Source: Deltaproteobacteria bacterium (GTDB lineage: Bacteria; Desulfobacterota; GWC2-55-46). Taken from it: 64,000 nucleotides of DNA. The stretch spans positions 14,713 through 78,712 of the forward strand of contig JBBTBW010000016.1 of the NCBI GenBank assembly GCA_038043525.1, in the 5' to 3' direction. The notes under the pieces are model-generated. The model did not search any database. It worked only from the letters and a program-made list of their open reading frames with translations, and was not told the DNA's origin. The position numbers were made by a program, and so were the translations under genes. Positions within the stretch are counted from its first letter, which is position 1, and every line of letters starts with the position of its first letter. Of the stretch, positions 1-9,618 are shown one piece after another.

Positions 1-71
1 AAATAACGGCCTGTTCTGGTTTAGATTGTCTTTGATCATAATATGAGACGGCGGAGGTGGACGTTTTACTT

Positions 72-980
72 ATGTACGACCTGATAATCATCGGCGGCGG
101 TCCCGCAGGCCTTACTGCGGGGATATATGCACAGAGGGCGAAGCTGAAGACGCTTCTTCTTGAAAAGGAGTTTGTCGGCGGACAGATAGCTGTAAGCGAT
201 GTGATAGAGAATTACCCCGGGTTTCCTTCGATAAGCGGGGCAGGCCTCATGGAGAAGTTCGAGGAGCACGCAAAGGGGTTCGGGCTTGAGATAAAATTCG
301 CCCAGGTGGAGACTATCACCCTTGAGGGGAACGTCAAGGTCTTGAAGATAACCGAAGGCGAGCTAAGAGCGAAGGCAGTCATAGTGGCGACAGGGGCTAA
401 GCCGAGAAGGCTCGGGGTCGCCGGCGAAAAGGAGCTTACAGGCAAGGGCGTCTCATACTGCGCTACATGCGACGGGCCTTTTTTCAGGGGCCAGCCGGTC
501 ATGGTTGTCGGCGGCGGGGATACGGCCGTGAAAGAGGCTGTATATCTCTCGAAGATAGCCTCTAAGGTCTACATCGTCCACAGGAGAGACAAGTTCAGGG
601 CTGAGAAGATACTCCAGGAAAAGCTTATGGCTGCCGAGAACATCATAAAGCTCACAAGCCATGTATTGAAAGAGATAAAGGCCGAGGGCGGGGTCGTAAA
701 AAAGGCTGTGGTCGAGGACCTGAAGTCGTCAGAGATAAAGGAAATAGATGTGGAAGGCGTCTTTATTTTCGTAGGGATAAACCCCACTACCGACTTTGTG
801 GATGCTGAGAAAGATGAGGGTGGTTTCATAAAAACGAACCAGAAGATGGAGACGAACCTGCCCGGGATATACGCCGCAGGTGATTGCCGTGATACGCCAC
901 TTTTGCAGGTTGCGACAGCCGTAGGTGACGGAGCTATAGCCGCCTACTGCGCCGAGGCGTTCATAGAAGACCATTTTTAG
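72..980 (+). CDS. trxB: thioredoxin-disulfide reductase
   Basis: N-terminal FAD motif IIGGGPAGLTAGIYA, redox-active CATCDG, second NAD(P) Rossmann (VVGGGDTAVKEA), C-terminal GDCRD. ATG at 72 preferred over the GTG at 57, which overlaps the GGAGG. Confidence 0.9.
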   Translation: MYDLIIIGGGPAGLTAGIYAQRAKLKTLLLEKEFVGGQIAVSDVIENYPGFPSISGAGLMEKFEEHAKGFGLEIKFAQVETITLEGNVKVLKITEGELRAKAVIVATGAKPRRLGVAGEKELTGKGVSYCATCDGPFFRGQPVMVVGGGDTAVKEAVYLSKIASKVYIVHRRDKFRAEKILQEKLMAAENIIKLTSHVLKEIKAEGGVVKKAVVEDLKSSEIKEIDVEGVFIFVGINPTTDFVDAEKDEGGFIKTNQKMETNLPGIYAAGDCRDTPLLQVATAVGDGAIAAYCAEAFIEDHF

Positions 981-1024
981 TCGATGCGTATGATCTGGCG
1001 CGGGGCGGACAGGGAGGCCGGGCT

Positions 1025-1993
1025 ATGGGGCGGACGAATCCTCCTGTGAAGGGCGCTCAAAAAATGATAGTCTCCATAGGCGGTAACGCCATAGCAAGAA
1101 AGGGGCAGGCCGGGACTATTTCCGAGCAGTTCGCAAACGTCGCCATCGCCTGCCGGTCGATCTCTTCCATCATCCGCTCCGGCCGCCCTGTTATCATAAC
1201 CCACGGGAACGGCCCTGCAGTAGGCAACCTTCTTATCCAGAACGAGGCCGCCTCTGCTCAAGTCCCTCCGATGCCACTGTATATCTGCAACGCCGATTCT
1301 GAGTGCTCTCTCGGTCTGATCATACAACAGTCCCTTTACAACGCTCTGAGATCCTCTGATATGGAAAGAGAGATCGCTACAGTCCTTACGCAGGTGATCG
1401 TCGCCCGGTCAGACACGGCATTTGCAGACCCGCAAAAACCGATAGGACCGTTCTATGATGAACAGGCGGCGCTAGTCCTCTCCAGGGATAGAGGCTGGGT
1501 GATGAAGGAAGACGCTCGAAGGGGTTTCAGGCGCGTTGTGGCCTCACCGAAGCCTTTAAGGGTAGTCGAGGCCGGTGTGATCAAAAGGCTCTCGGAGCAG
1601 GGTGTTATCGTCATCGCCGCAGGCGGCGGAGGCGTGCCTGTCTTCGAGTCTGCCGAAGGGCTACTTACAGGCGTTGACGCGGTGATCGACAAGGATCTTG
1701 CGACAGCGCTTCTAGCGAGCGTGGTCAAGGCAGAGACCCTCCTCAATCTTACCGGCATCGAGATGGTCTATAAAGCGTTCGGCACTCCATCTCAGGCAGG
1801 GCTGTCTCAGATGAGTATTTCTGAGGCCAGGTCGTATCTTGATAAAGGCGAGTTCGAGCCCGGCTCGATGAAGCCCAAGATCGAGGCGGCTCTAGAATTT
1901 CTTGAAGACGGGGGCAAAGAGGTTTTTATAACGACTCCGGAGCTTGCCGAAGAAGCCCTTTCAGGCAGAGCCGGGACACGGATCTACAGATAG
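1025..1993 (+). CDS. arcC: carbamate kinase
   Basis: MIVSIGGNAI...ITHGNGPAVGNLLIQ carbamate-kinase/amino-acid-kinase fold motifs; AGGGAGG 7 nt upstream of the ATG at 1025. Confidence 0.8.
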   Translation: MGRTNPPVKGAQKMIVSIGGNAIARKGQAGTISEQFANVAIACRSISSIIRSGRPVIITHGNGPAVGNLLIQNEAASAQVPPMPLYICNADSECSLGLIIQQSLYNALRSSDMEREIATVLTQVIVARSDTAFADPQKPIGPFYDEQAALVLSRDRGWVMKEDARRGFRRVVASPKPLRVVEAGVIKRLSEQGVIVIAAGGGGVPVFESAEGLLTGVDAVIDKDLATALLASVVKAETLLNLTGIEMVYKAFGTPSQAGLSQMSISEARSYLDKGEFEPGSMKPKIEAALEFLEDGGKEVFITTPELAEEALSGRAGTRIYR

Positions 1994-2153
1994 ACCGAAG
2001 GACAAGGCAGGACTAACCCCACCCGGCCTCCCCTTATTATAGACAAGGGGGAGGAGTGAAAACCGGCAAACCTGTGATTTCGGATAAGCTCATAAAGACA
2101 GTCACTCACTCTTTTTAAAGAGAAAGCCTTGGGAGTTATATCTCTCCATCAAG

Positions 2154-2190
2154 AAAGCCCCGCCTTTTCAGGCGGGGCTTTCGTTTGTCT
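2154..2190. terminator. bidirectional intrinsic terminator hairpin between convergent arcC and helicase genes
   Basis: AAAGCCCCGCC-ttttca-GGCGGGGCTTT perfect 11-bp stem, with an A-run on one side and a T-run on the other. Confidence 0.55.
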
Positions 2191-2293
2191 CAATCGATTA
2201 ATCAGACTTAGTGACTACTCAGGCAGTGAAGCCTATGTTGATGCGCTTTGCGTTCAGCCTGAGTCTGGTTCGGCCGCTACGTTCAGGTATTTT

Positions 2294-3523
2294 CTACCTG
2301 CGCCTTGACGGCTGGCGTGAAAAGCCGCTCGTCTTTCTCGGCGTGGCATGACCCGGGCCGCCCGGTCTTTCAGTGGAGGCTGGAGGCGCAGACGCGTCCT
2401 GCTCGAAGCCGTCTATCATCTCTACCGGTATCTTGTGGCCGAGCACCTTATGGATATCGTTTAACAGGCCTCTCTCCTCGGCTGAAACAAGCGAGAGCGC
2501 GCAACCGGACTCTCCGGCGCGGCCTGTTCTGCCGATGCGGTGGACGTAGTCCTCTGGCACGTTCGGCAGGTCGTAGTTCACGACGTGCGGCAGGCTGTCT
2601 ATGTCAAGTCCGCGCGCGGCTATGTCAGTCGCAACGAGGGCGCGTACCGAGCCGTTCTTGAAGTCCGCAAGTGCGCGGGTGCGGGCCGTCTGGCTCTTGT
2701 TGCCGTGGATGGCGGCTGAGTTTATGCCGTCGGTCGCAAGCTGAGTCGCGAGGCGGTTAGCCCCGTGTTTGGTGCGTGTGAAAATGAGGACCTGTCTCCA
2801 GTCTCCCTTCTTTATCAGGTGAGACAGAAGTTCGCGTTTGCGTGTATGCCCGACAGGATGGACAACCTGGGTCACAAGCTCGGCCGCGGTATTGCGGCGC
2901 GCTACTTCGACGAATTCCGGATTGTGCAGAAGCCCGTCAGCGAGGCGCTTTATGTCGTCGCTATAGGTCGCGGAGAAGAGCAGGTTCTGGCGCTTTACCG
3001 GGAGCAGTTTCAGTATCCTGCGGATGTCGTGGATAAAACCCATGTCCAGCATCCTGTCCGCTTCATCCAGGACGAGTATCTCTATCTGAGAGAGGTTGAG
3101 CGTCTTTTGGCCTGCGTGGTCAAGGAGCCGTCCCGGTGTTGCCACGAGGATATCGATCCCGCGGCGGAGCTGTTCGATCTGCGGGTTGATGCCGACACCG
3201 CCGAATATCACCGTTGACTTGAGATGCAAGCCCTTGCCGTAAGTCCGCACGCTCTCTTCGACCTGAGCGGCGAGTTCGCGCGTTGGTGTCAGGACAAGGG
3301 CGCGGGGCAGTTTGCCTGTGCGCTCGCGGCTGCTTAAGAGCTGCAGTATCGGCAGCGTGAAAGCGGCTGTCTTGCCTGTGCCTGTCTGCGCTCCGGCAAG
3401 TACGTCGCGGCCTGCGAGTATGAACGGGATGGTCTTGGATTGAACAGGGGTCGGGGTCGTGTAGCCCTGCGCCGAAATAGCGCCGAGCAGTTCGGCTTGG
3501 AGGCCGAGAGCTTCAAATGACAT
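2294..3523 (-). CDS. DEAD-box ATP-dependent RNA helicase
   Basis: Q-motif (TPTPVQ), AQTGTGKT Walker A, DEAD ([13 protein letters not shown]), [13 protein letters not shown], Arg-rich C-tail. ATG at 3523 (MSFEALGL) has a GAAGGA SD; the ORF-track start at 3556 is a TTG. Confidence 0.9.
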   Translation of the reverse strand: MSFEALGLQAELLGAISAQGYTTPTPVQSKTIPFILAGRDVLAGAQTGTGKTAAFTLPILQLLSSRERTGKLPRALVLTPTRELAAQVEESVRTYGKGLHLKSTVIFGGVGINPQIEQLRRGIDILVATPGRLLDHAGQKTLNLSQIEILVLDEADRMLDMGFIHDIRRILKLLPVKRQNLLFSATYSDDIKRLADGLLHNPEFVEVARRNTAAELVTQVVHPVGHTRKRELLSHLIKKGDWRQVLIFTRTKHGANRLATQLATDGINSAAIHGNKSQTARTRALADFKNGSVRALVATDIAARGLDIDSLPHVVNYDLPNVPEDYVHRIGRTGRAGESGCALSLVSAEERGLLNDIHKVLGHKIPVEMIDGFEQDASAPPASTERPGGPGHATPRKTSGFSRQPSRRR

Positions 3524-3899
3524 AAAAATATCCTTCTTTGGAATCAGCCTGCTCAAATGTCTTGAGCCGGTCCAGGCACGATTGTTAAGGTTAGACTGGG
3601 TGAGGTTGAAAGACGGGGTGGATCAACCAGAACACAGCAGGCACTGACCGGTGAGGTGCAATCAAGTTTGATACTATAGCACGTAAAATATTTAATAGGT
3701 AGATAAATATTGTCGACGCCTGGGATCGAGGCGGTGGTCAGGTGTTGGCATCGCAATTTGACCGTAGATCCAGGCTGTCATCGAAGGATGCCGATACGCG
3801 CGATATGAACGGCTTTTCAGCGCTCCTTATAATGTAAGACAGGGACTTTGTTCCGCTTTCATGCTCTGCCAAAAACAGTATTTATGATATAACATCAAC

Positions 3900-5138
3900 A
3901 TGAGATACGACGTAGCAATAATCGGCGGCGGGCCGGCCGGGATGATGGCCGCAGGAAGGGCCGGAGAGCTTGGGGCTAGCGTCGTCCTGCTTGAGAAGAA
4001 CGACAGGCTCGGGATCAAGCTCCTTATAACCGGCCACGGGCGGTGCAACATAACCAACAATACCGAGTCGGCCAGAGAGATGGCCTTGATGTTCGGAAAG
4101 AACGGCAGGTTCCTCCTTTCGGTCTTTACAAGGTTCGGCGTCAGGGACGTGATAGGATTTTTCGAGGGCCGCGGCGTAAAGACCAAGATAGAAAAAGGCA
4201 ACAGGGTCATTACCGAGAGCGACAGGGCCCAAGACGTGCTCGACGCGCTTATCGGATACATGAATGGGTCCAGCGTCGATATCAGGCTCGGCGCTGAAGT
4301 GGGAAAGATAGTCAGAAGTGAGGCCGGCATTGAGAAGGTCGTGCTGGCTGACGGCGAAGAGATCGAGGCGGAGAGGTTCATAATATGCACCGGAGGAAAA
4401 TCGTATCCTGCAACCGGCTCGACAGGCGACGGCTACGGATGGGCCAAGACCCTCGGCCATACTGTTGTACGCCCTGTGCCTGCGCTTTCTCCGGTCCTTG
4501 TGAAAGACGCGTTCGTAAAAGAGCTTGAAGGGTTGTCCCTGAGAGATGCGCCAGTCTCAGTATGGAAAGACGGCAGGAAGTCCACCTCAGGCGCAGGCGA
4601 CGTGCTTTTCACCGCCAAGGGGCTTAGCGGACCTTTTATCTTCAATATGAGCAAGGGGATCGCTAAAGAGCTCCCGGGCGACGTGGCCTTGAAGATAGAC
4701 CTTGTGCCTGACCTTGATTTTACGGCGCTTGACAACAGGATGCTGAAGTATTTTCAGGAAGGCCCGAATAAGCTGATCAAAAACCTGCTTGATCAGTTTT
4801 TGCCGCAAAAACTCATCCCTGTCATCGTAACGATTGCCGGGGTAGACCCTGCAAAAAAAGGCAACTTCATCACAAAAGAAGAACGGAAGAGATTGGTCCA
4901 CCTCATGAAGGGATTCAGCCTGCATGTGGCTGGTCTTGTCGGTTTTGACAAGGCGGTAGTTACCGCAGGCGGTATTGAGCTAAGCGAGGTAGAGCCGAAG
5001 ACTATGAGGTCGAAGTTGATAGAGAACCTCTACTTCGCAGGCGAGATACTCGATCTTGACGGGCCTACAGGCGGGTATAACCTGCAGGTCTGCTGGTCAA
5101 CGGGGTATCTGGCCGGAGAGTCGGCAGGCACCAGGTGA
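3900..5138 (+). CDS. HI0933/BaiN-family NAD(P)/FAD-dependent flavoprotein
   Basis: MRYDVAIIGGGPAGMMAA Rossmann, GHGRCNITN signature of the HI0933-like family, C-terminal FAGEILDLDGPTGGYNLQ. Confidence 0.85.
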   Translation: MRYDVAIIGGGPAGMMAAGRAGELGASVVLLEKNDRLGIKLLITGHGRCNITNNTESAREMALMFGKNGRFLLSVFTRFGVRDVIGFFEGRGVKTKIEKGNRVITESDRAQDVLDALIGYMNGSSVDIRLGAEVGKIVRSEAGIEKVVLADGEEIEAERFIICTGGKSYPATGSTGDGYGWAKTLGHTVVRPVPALSPVLVKDAFVKELEGLSLRDAPVSVWKDGRKSTSGAGDVLFTAKGLSGPFIFNMSKGIAKELPGDVALKIDLVPDLDFTALDNRMLKYFQEGPNKLIKNLLDQFLPQKLIPVIVTIAGVDPAKKGNFITKEERKRLVHLMKGFSLHVAGLVGFDKAVVTAGGIELSEVEPKTMRSKLIENLYFAGEILDLDGPTGGYNLQVCWSTGYLAGESAGTR

Positions 5139-5323
5139 GGTAGCATTTCCAATGCCCCTCGGTCAATAGGACTTAAAGACATTTATGTCCATAGCCGGTC
5201 GCGTGTTAACATGGCTTCTTAAAGTCTGTCCATCAATTTATTCAAAGAAGTAGTATGTCATAGATTGGAAGTAATCGTGGGAGTGTTGTTTGCTATGTAT
5301 CTGGATATCTTTCTCACTAAAAT

Positions 5324-6286
5324 ATGTCGAAACTAATTTATATAGATACTAACGTTTACAATTCGCTTGTGGATAAGACGACACTTGATCAGCGCCACAG
5401 GTTTTATGAAAAGTTAAGCCAAAAAAGCACTCGTTTTCTCCTCTCTCCTGTTAATGTTTTAGAGATTTTATGCATTGAGGATGAGTTGCGGAGGGAATCA
5501 ATAATCTCTCTCTTACAAAATATTTGTGACCGTAGTATGCTTGCTGAAGTAGAGGCATTAATTATTGACTTTATTGCGGAAAAGACTGTGAATAGTAATC
5601 TTCAGAATTTCTGTTTAGATACGCAGTTCTGTAACTCTAACTTTTCTCATACTTGGCAGGATATATTCGACAACAAACTAAAAACCTTTGTTTTTGATGC
5701 CAATGCTCTGAAGCAGTTCTCAGTTCTTAAACAGGTAATGGCTTTGTTGCACGCACATTTTGCAAGAGGTGGAAGCCTCACTGATCTTGATGTAAGTGGA
5801 TGTGATTTAAGGAAGGTACACCAAGATAAATTTTTTGACGAAATTAAAAGGCAGGTGGCAAAGCGAAGGGCCTTGCCTGTTGAAACGCCACGCACTGTGA
5901 AGGTGATTGATCATGTTTATTTGCTTATTGCAATAATATTATGCGCTGGCCTTACCCCATTTTTTGAGCCTATTGCCAGTCTGTGGTATGTTTTAGGCGT
6001 CAAAGAAATAACGCAAAGGATTGATTATTCATTTCGGCACTTCGATTTTCTTTACAAAGAGGGTGTCTTTATCGGCATGGGCGCACTTATGGGTTGGCAG
6101 GCAACACGAGCTTATAGTAATGGAAATTTGTTTGATTGCTATCACATATCTTACCTGCCTTATATTGATGAATTTCTAACCTTAGACAGTGGTCTGCTGG
6201 AGTTCGCACAGACCTATTCCTATATCCAAGATTTTCAAAAAATACATTCTGCTGAGAGTTTACTGCAAGATGCACTACAGTCTTGA
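5324..6286 (+). CDS. hypothetical protein, AT-rich, N-terminal PIN-like motif (IYIDTNVY)
   Basis: Long ORF in a markedly AT-rich patch (5140-6570) of a ~60% GC window. N-terminus KLIYIDTNVYNSL resembles the first catalytic Asp strand of PIN nucleases. No other recognisable motifs. Confidence 0.55.
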   Translation: MSKLIYIDTNVYNSLVDKTTLDQRHRFYEKLSQKSTRFLLSPVNVLEILCIEDELRRESIISLLQNICDRSMLAEVEALIIDFIAEKTVNSNLQNFCLDTQFCNSNFSHTWQDIFDNKLKTFVFDANALKQFSVLKQVMALLHAHFARGGSLTDLDVSGCDLRKVHQDKFFDEIKRQVAKRRALPVETPRTVKVIDHVYLLIAIILCAGLTPFFEPIASLWYVLGVKEITQRIDYSFRHFDFLYKEGVFIGMGALMGWQATRAYSNGNLFDCYHISYLPYIDEFLTLDSGLLEFAQTYSYIQDFQKIHSAESLLQDALQS

Positions 6287-6649
6287 GTGACGAGCTTATG
6301 CAACCATAGAGGTTTCGTAATGTGTAATATAATGCTTTGAGAGACTACTGTTTGCCATGAAACCCAGAAAAAGGAGATAAATTCAACGTCATTCTCAAAC
6401 CACTTGCCTGAGTCCCTGGTTTGTGTTATATAAACTTTTTGCAATATTTTCTATTGCATCTGCGAAAGACTGGATTTCGCTCCGCGAAAGTGTTATCTTT
6501 AAAAGCCGCGGTTGTTTTGCGGGCCGGTAGTGTTACGGCGATAGATGAATTGGTCGTTAAATGGCAGTGCCAGGCAGACCGCCTGCAAGGGATAGGCGGT
6601 CTTTGCATAAACCCGCTGGCATGCTTGATTTTTCTGTTTTTTAGAAGTT

Positions 6650-6726
6650 CGGGGCGTGGCTCAGCCTGGTAGAGCACCGCGTTCGGGACGCGGGGGCCGG
6701 AGGTTCGAATCCTCTCGCCCCGACCA
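6650..6726 (+). tRNA. tRNA-Pro (anticodon CGG)
   Basis: CGGGGCG/CGCCCCG acceptor stem, GTTCGAATC T-loop, anticodon loop TTCGGGA, encoded CCA. Confidence 0.9.
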
Positions 6727-6739
6727 TTTTCCCTGAAAT

Positions 6740-6776
6740 CGGGGTCCGGCCAAAAGGCCGGGCCCCGTTTCTATTT
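6740..6776 (+). terminator. intrinsic terminator after tRNA-Pro
   Basis: CGGGGTCCGGCC-aaaa-GGCCGGGCCCCG 12-bp stem (one G.U) followed by TTTCTATTT. Confidence 0.7.
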
Positions 6777-6786
6777 GAAGGCTGAC

Positions 6787-7662
6787 ATGCCGAATATCAA
6801 AGACAATCAAAAGATCCTGAAGCGCCAGCTCGATATCCTGTACAAGACCTTTGATCTTAAGTTCCTCGCAACAGACCCGCTCGAGTTCGTCCACAGATAT
6901 AAGACGCCTGAAGACAGGGAGATAGTTGGCCTTGTCTCTTCCTGTCTCGCCTACGGCAGGGTTGAAACGATCAAAAAGTCGATAGAGGCCGTGATGGGCT
7001 CGGTCGGCCCGTCGCCGTACAGGTTCACTATGCGCTTTGACCCGGTCCGAGACTCTTCGACCTTCGAGGGGTTCATCCACAGGTTCAATAACGGCCGGGA
7101 CATCCGCGCCCTCTTCTACTTCATGAGGCAGATGATAGAGAAGGCAGGCTCCATAAAGGGCTTCTTCCTCAAGGGTTATTCATCCGGAGACAAAAACGTG
7201 AAGGGGGCGCTAGTCTCTTTTTCTTCCAACGCACTGGCCCTCGATTCAGTCCCTGTCTACAAGAGTGTGATACTGCCGCCAAAGGCTGGGGTAAGGTTTT
7301 TTTTCCCGTCACCGTCAGATAACAGCGCCTGTAAGAGGCTGAACCTTTACCTCAGGTGGATGGTAAGACGCGGCGACGCACTTGACTTTGGTATTTGGAA
7401 GGAGGTCGACCCTGCAAGGCTTGTCATGCCGCTCGATACGCATATCGCGAGGATATCCCGGAACATCGGGCTTACCTCAAGGGCGACGCCTGACTGGAAG
7501 ATGGCAGAGGAGATAACGACGGCGCTCGCGGCCTTTGACCCGTCAGACCCGGTCAAGTATGACTTCGCGCTTTGCAGGCTCGGCATACTGGATAAGTGCC
7601 CTGCCAACAAGGACAGGGCCAAGTGCGAGAGCTGTCTTATAAAAAAGCTGTGTGTGCTTTAG
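6787..7662 (+). CDS. TIGR02757/DUF2400-like conserved hypothetical protein
   Basis: Recognised from memory of the family, with a conserved LAYGRV segment and a Cys-rich C-terminus (CPANKDRAKCESCLIKKLC). ATG at 6787; the TTG at 6775 lies in the terminator T-tract. Confidence 0.65.
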   Translation: MPNIKDNQKILKRQLDILYKTFDLKFLATDPLEFVHRYKTPEDREIVGLVSSCLAYGRVETIKKSIEAVMGSVGPSPYRFTMRFDPVRDSSTFEGFIHRFNNGRDIRALFYFMRQMIEKAGSIKGFFLKGYSSGDKNVKGALVSFSSNALALDSVPVYKSVILPPKAGVRFFFPSPSDNSACKRLNLYLRWMVRRGDALDFGIWKEVDPARLVMPLDTHIARISRNIGLTSRATPDWKMAEEITTALAAFDPSDPVKYDFALCRLGILDKCPANKDRAKCESCLIKKLCVL

Positions 7663-7739
7663 GTTTTATCTTTTTTTCCGGCCGCTTTCAGCCGGGCGCT
7701 CGGTTTGCATGCGTGCCTCGACGACTTGAGTGAAAAACT

Positions 7740-7768
7740 TTGACAGTGCCTTTCAGATGGGGTAACAT
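7740..7768 (+). promoter_or_regulatory. candidate sigma70 promoter upstream of polyprenyl synthase
   Basis: TTGACA (7740-7745), 17-nt spacer, TAACAT (7763-7768). Confidence 0.3.
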
Positions 7769-7885
7769 TACAGATCCAAGCCCAAAAGACTGCAGGTTTT
7801 GACGGACGTTGTCAGCTCTAGGGCTTTCGGCGGCCTCTTTGCGGTGCTTTCTTGTAAGGCAGGCGGTTCATCTAACGGGGTAAGC

Positions 7886-8860
7886 ATGCATATACAGGAA
7901 GTCTTCGGTCTTATAAAAGACGATGTCTCCAAAATGGAGGCGGGGTTCAAGAAAGACCTCAATTCCGACGTCTATCTTGTCAGCAAGGTCGGAGAATATA
8001 TATTAAAGAGCGGCGGCAAGAGGTTCAGGCCGATGGTATTGCTCCTTGCCTCAAGGCTCTGCGGCTACGCCGGCGACAGCCACATACCGCTTGCCGGGGT
8101 CGTGGAGTTCATACATACGGCGACACTCCTGCATGACGACGTAGTAGACAGGGCCAACCTCAGAAGGGGTTCTGCGTCAGCCAACTCCGTATGGGGCGAC
8201 GGGGCAAGCATACTTGTCGGCGACTACCTCCTCTCAAAGGCGTTTTCTCTTGCTGTCGCCAACGGAGACATGCGGATACTAAATGTACTGTCCGCGACTA
8301 CCACGCGTATGGCTGAAGGCGAAGTCCTCCAGCTCTTGAAGCACAGCGACGCCGAGACGATGGAGAGCGAGTATCTCGCCGTAGTGACTAACAAGACCGC
8401 CGTCCTTATCTCAGCCGCGGCGCAGGTGGCAGGCATCCTCGGCGGAGTTTCAAAGGAAAAAGAGACGGCCCTTGCAGGCTACGGCATGGGCCTCGGCATA
8501 GCGTATCAGCTCATGGACGATTGCCTTGACTACGTATCGACCGACGAAGACCTCGGCAAGGCTGTGGGCAACGACCTGAGGGAAGGCAAGGTGACTATGC
8601 CTTTGATACACGCCGCTGCCAAGGCGACCGGGGCAGAGCGGGAGTATATAAGGACCGCTATCGAGTCTGATGAGATCACCCCGGAGACTCTCAAAGAGGT
8701 CATATCCATCATCAACAGGTATAAGGGGATCGAGTACACTACAGACAGGGCGCACCGCTACGTAGCGGACGCGAAAAAATCCCTCGATGTATTCGACCCT
8801 AATATCGAGAGGGCCGCGCTTCTGGCGGTGGCTGACTTCGTGATAGACAGGACGCATTGA
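7886..8860 (+). CDS. ispB: polyprenyl diphosphate synthase (octaprenyl/heptaprenyl type)
   Basis: GGKRFRPMVLLLA, first DDxxD (LLHDDVVDRANLRRG), second DD motif (YQLMDDCLD). ATG at 7886 is in frame and fits the family N-terminus (LNSDV.L...G.YI). Confidence 0.85.
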   Translation: MHIQEVFGLIKDDVSKMEAGFKKDLNSDVYLVSKVGEYILKSGGKRFRPMVLLLASRLCGYAGDSHIPLAGVVEFIHTATLLHDDVVDRANLRRGSASANSVWGDGASILVGDYLLSKAFSLAVANGDMRILNVLSATTTRMAEGEVLQLLKHSDAETMESEYLAVVTNKTAVLISAAAQVAGILGGVSKEKETALAGYGMGLGIAYQLMDDCLDYVSTDEDLGKAVGNDLREGKVTMPLIHAAAKATGAEREYIRTAIESDEITPETLKEVISIINRYKGIEYTTDRAHRYVADAKKSLDVFDPNIERAALLAVADFVIDRTH

Positions 8861-8911
8861 CCGAGCCTTTCCGCCTGCTTTTTATCGCGGGCTTTAATCC
8901 CTCAGGCAGTC

Positions 8912-9556
8912 ATGGACACAAAAGAGAAGGCAAAGAGGGTACTGGACATTCTCGAAGACGAGTTTCCCGGCGCCGCAATCGAGCTGCACTTCAAAAACCC
9001 GCTTGAACTCCTTATCGCTACCATCCTTTCAGCCCAGGCTACAGACAAGCTCGTAAACAAGGTGACCGCATCGCTTTTTCATAGGTACAGGACTGTACAT
9101 GACTATGCCGGGGCGGATATCGGCGAGCTTGAAAAGGCTCTATCCTCTGTCAATTACTTCAGAAACAAGGCTAAGAACATAAAGGCGTCCTGCCGCATTA
9201 TTGAGGACAGGTACGCTGGGTCTGTGCCTGCAACTATCGAAGACCTCACCGGACTTCCGGGTGTAGGAAGGAAGACCGCGAACGTAGTCCTTGCCAACGG
9301 ATTCGGCAAGGAAGCGCTTGCCGTAGATACGCATGTAAAGCGTGTTGCCAAGAGGCTCGGGCTTACAGGTTCGGATAAACCTGACGAGGTGGAAAAGGAC
9401 CTGTGCGGTCTGATACCCAGGTCGAGGTGGTCTATGGTCACGATGCTTTTCATACTCCACGGAAGAAAGACCTGCATCTCAAGGAACCCGGCCTGCGACA
9501 GGTGTCATCTGGCCAGGTATTGCCTCTACTATAAGGAAGTATACCGTTCGAAGTAA
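8912..9556 (+). CDS. nth: endonuclease III
   Basis: HhH-GPD (LPGVGRKTANVVL), catalytic K/D region, C-terminal 4Fe-4S cluster loop C-x6-C-x2-C-x5-C. Confidence 0.9.
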   Translation: MDTKEKAKRVLDILEDEFPGAAIELHFKNPLELLIATILSAQATDKLVNKVTASLFHRYRTVHDYAGADIGELEKALSSVNYFRNKAKNIKASCRIIEDRYAGSVPATIEDLTGLPGVGRKTANVVLANGFGKEALAVDTHVKRVAKRLGLTGSDKPDEVEKDLCGLIPRSRWSMVTMLFILHGRKTCISRNPACDRCHLARYCLYYKEVYRSK

Positions 9557-9618
9557 GATCTCTGTCAGGCTTATGGCATGACATTCCGTAATACCCGGAT
9601 CTTAAGGAGAAGGCCTGG

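Noticed and set aside
57-71. GTG start at 57 for trxB, and similar GTG/TTG-extended starts (rhlE 3556, fabI 30489, sensor 36798, nuoL 52926, TIGR02757 6775)
   Set aside because: The ORF track extends to the first alternative start codon. In each case an in-frame ATG with a better-placed SD, or better family N-terminal agreement, lies downstream. TTG/GTG were kept only where no ATG exists (beta-CA, gatA, nuoM).
3827-4460. Overlapping 187-192-aa minus-strand ORFs across the HI0933 flavoprotein gene
   Set aside because: Antisense to a CDS with strong Rossmann and GHGRCNITN motifs.
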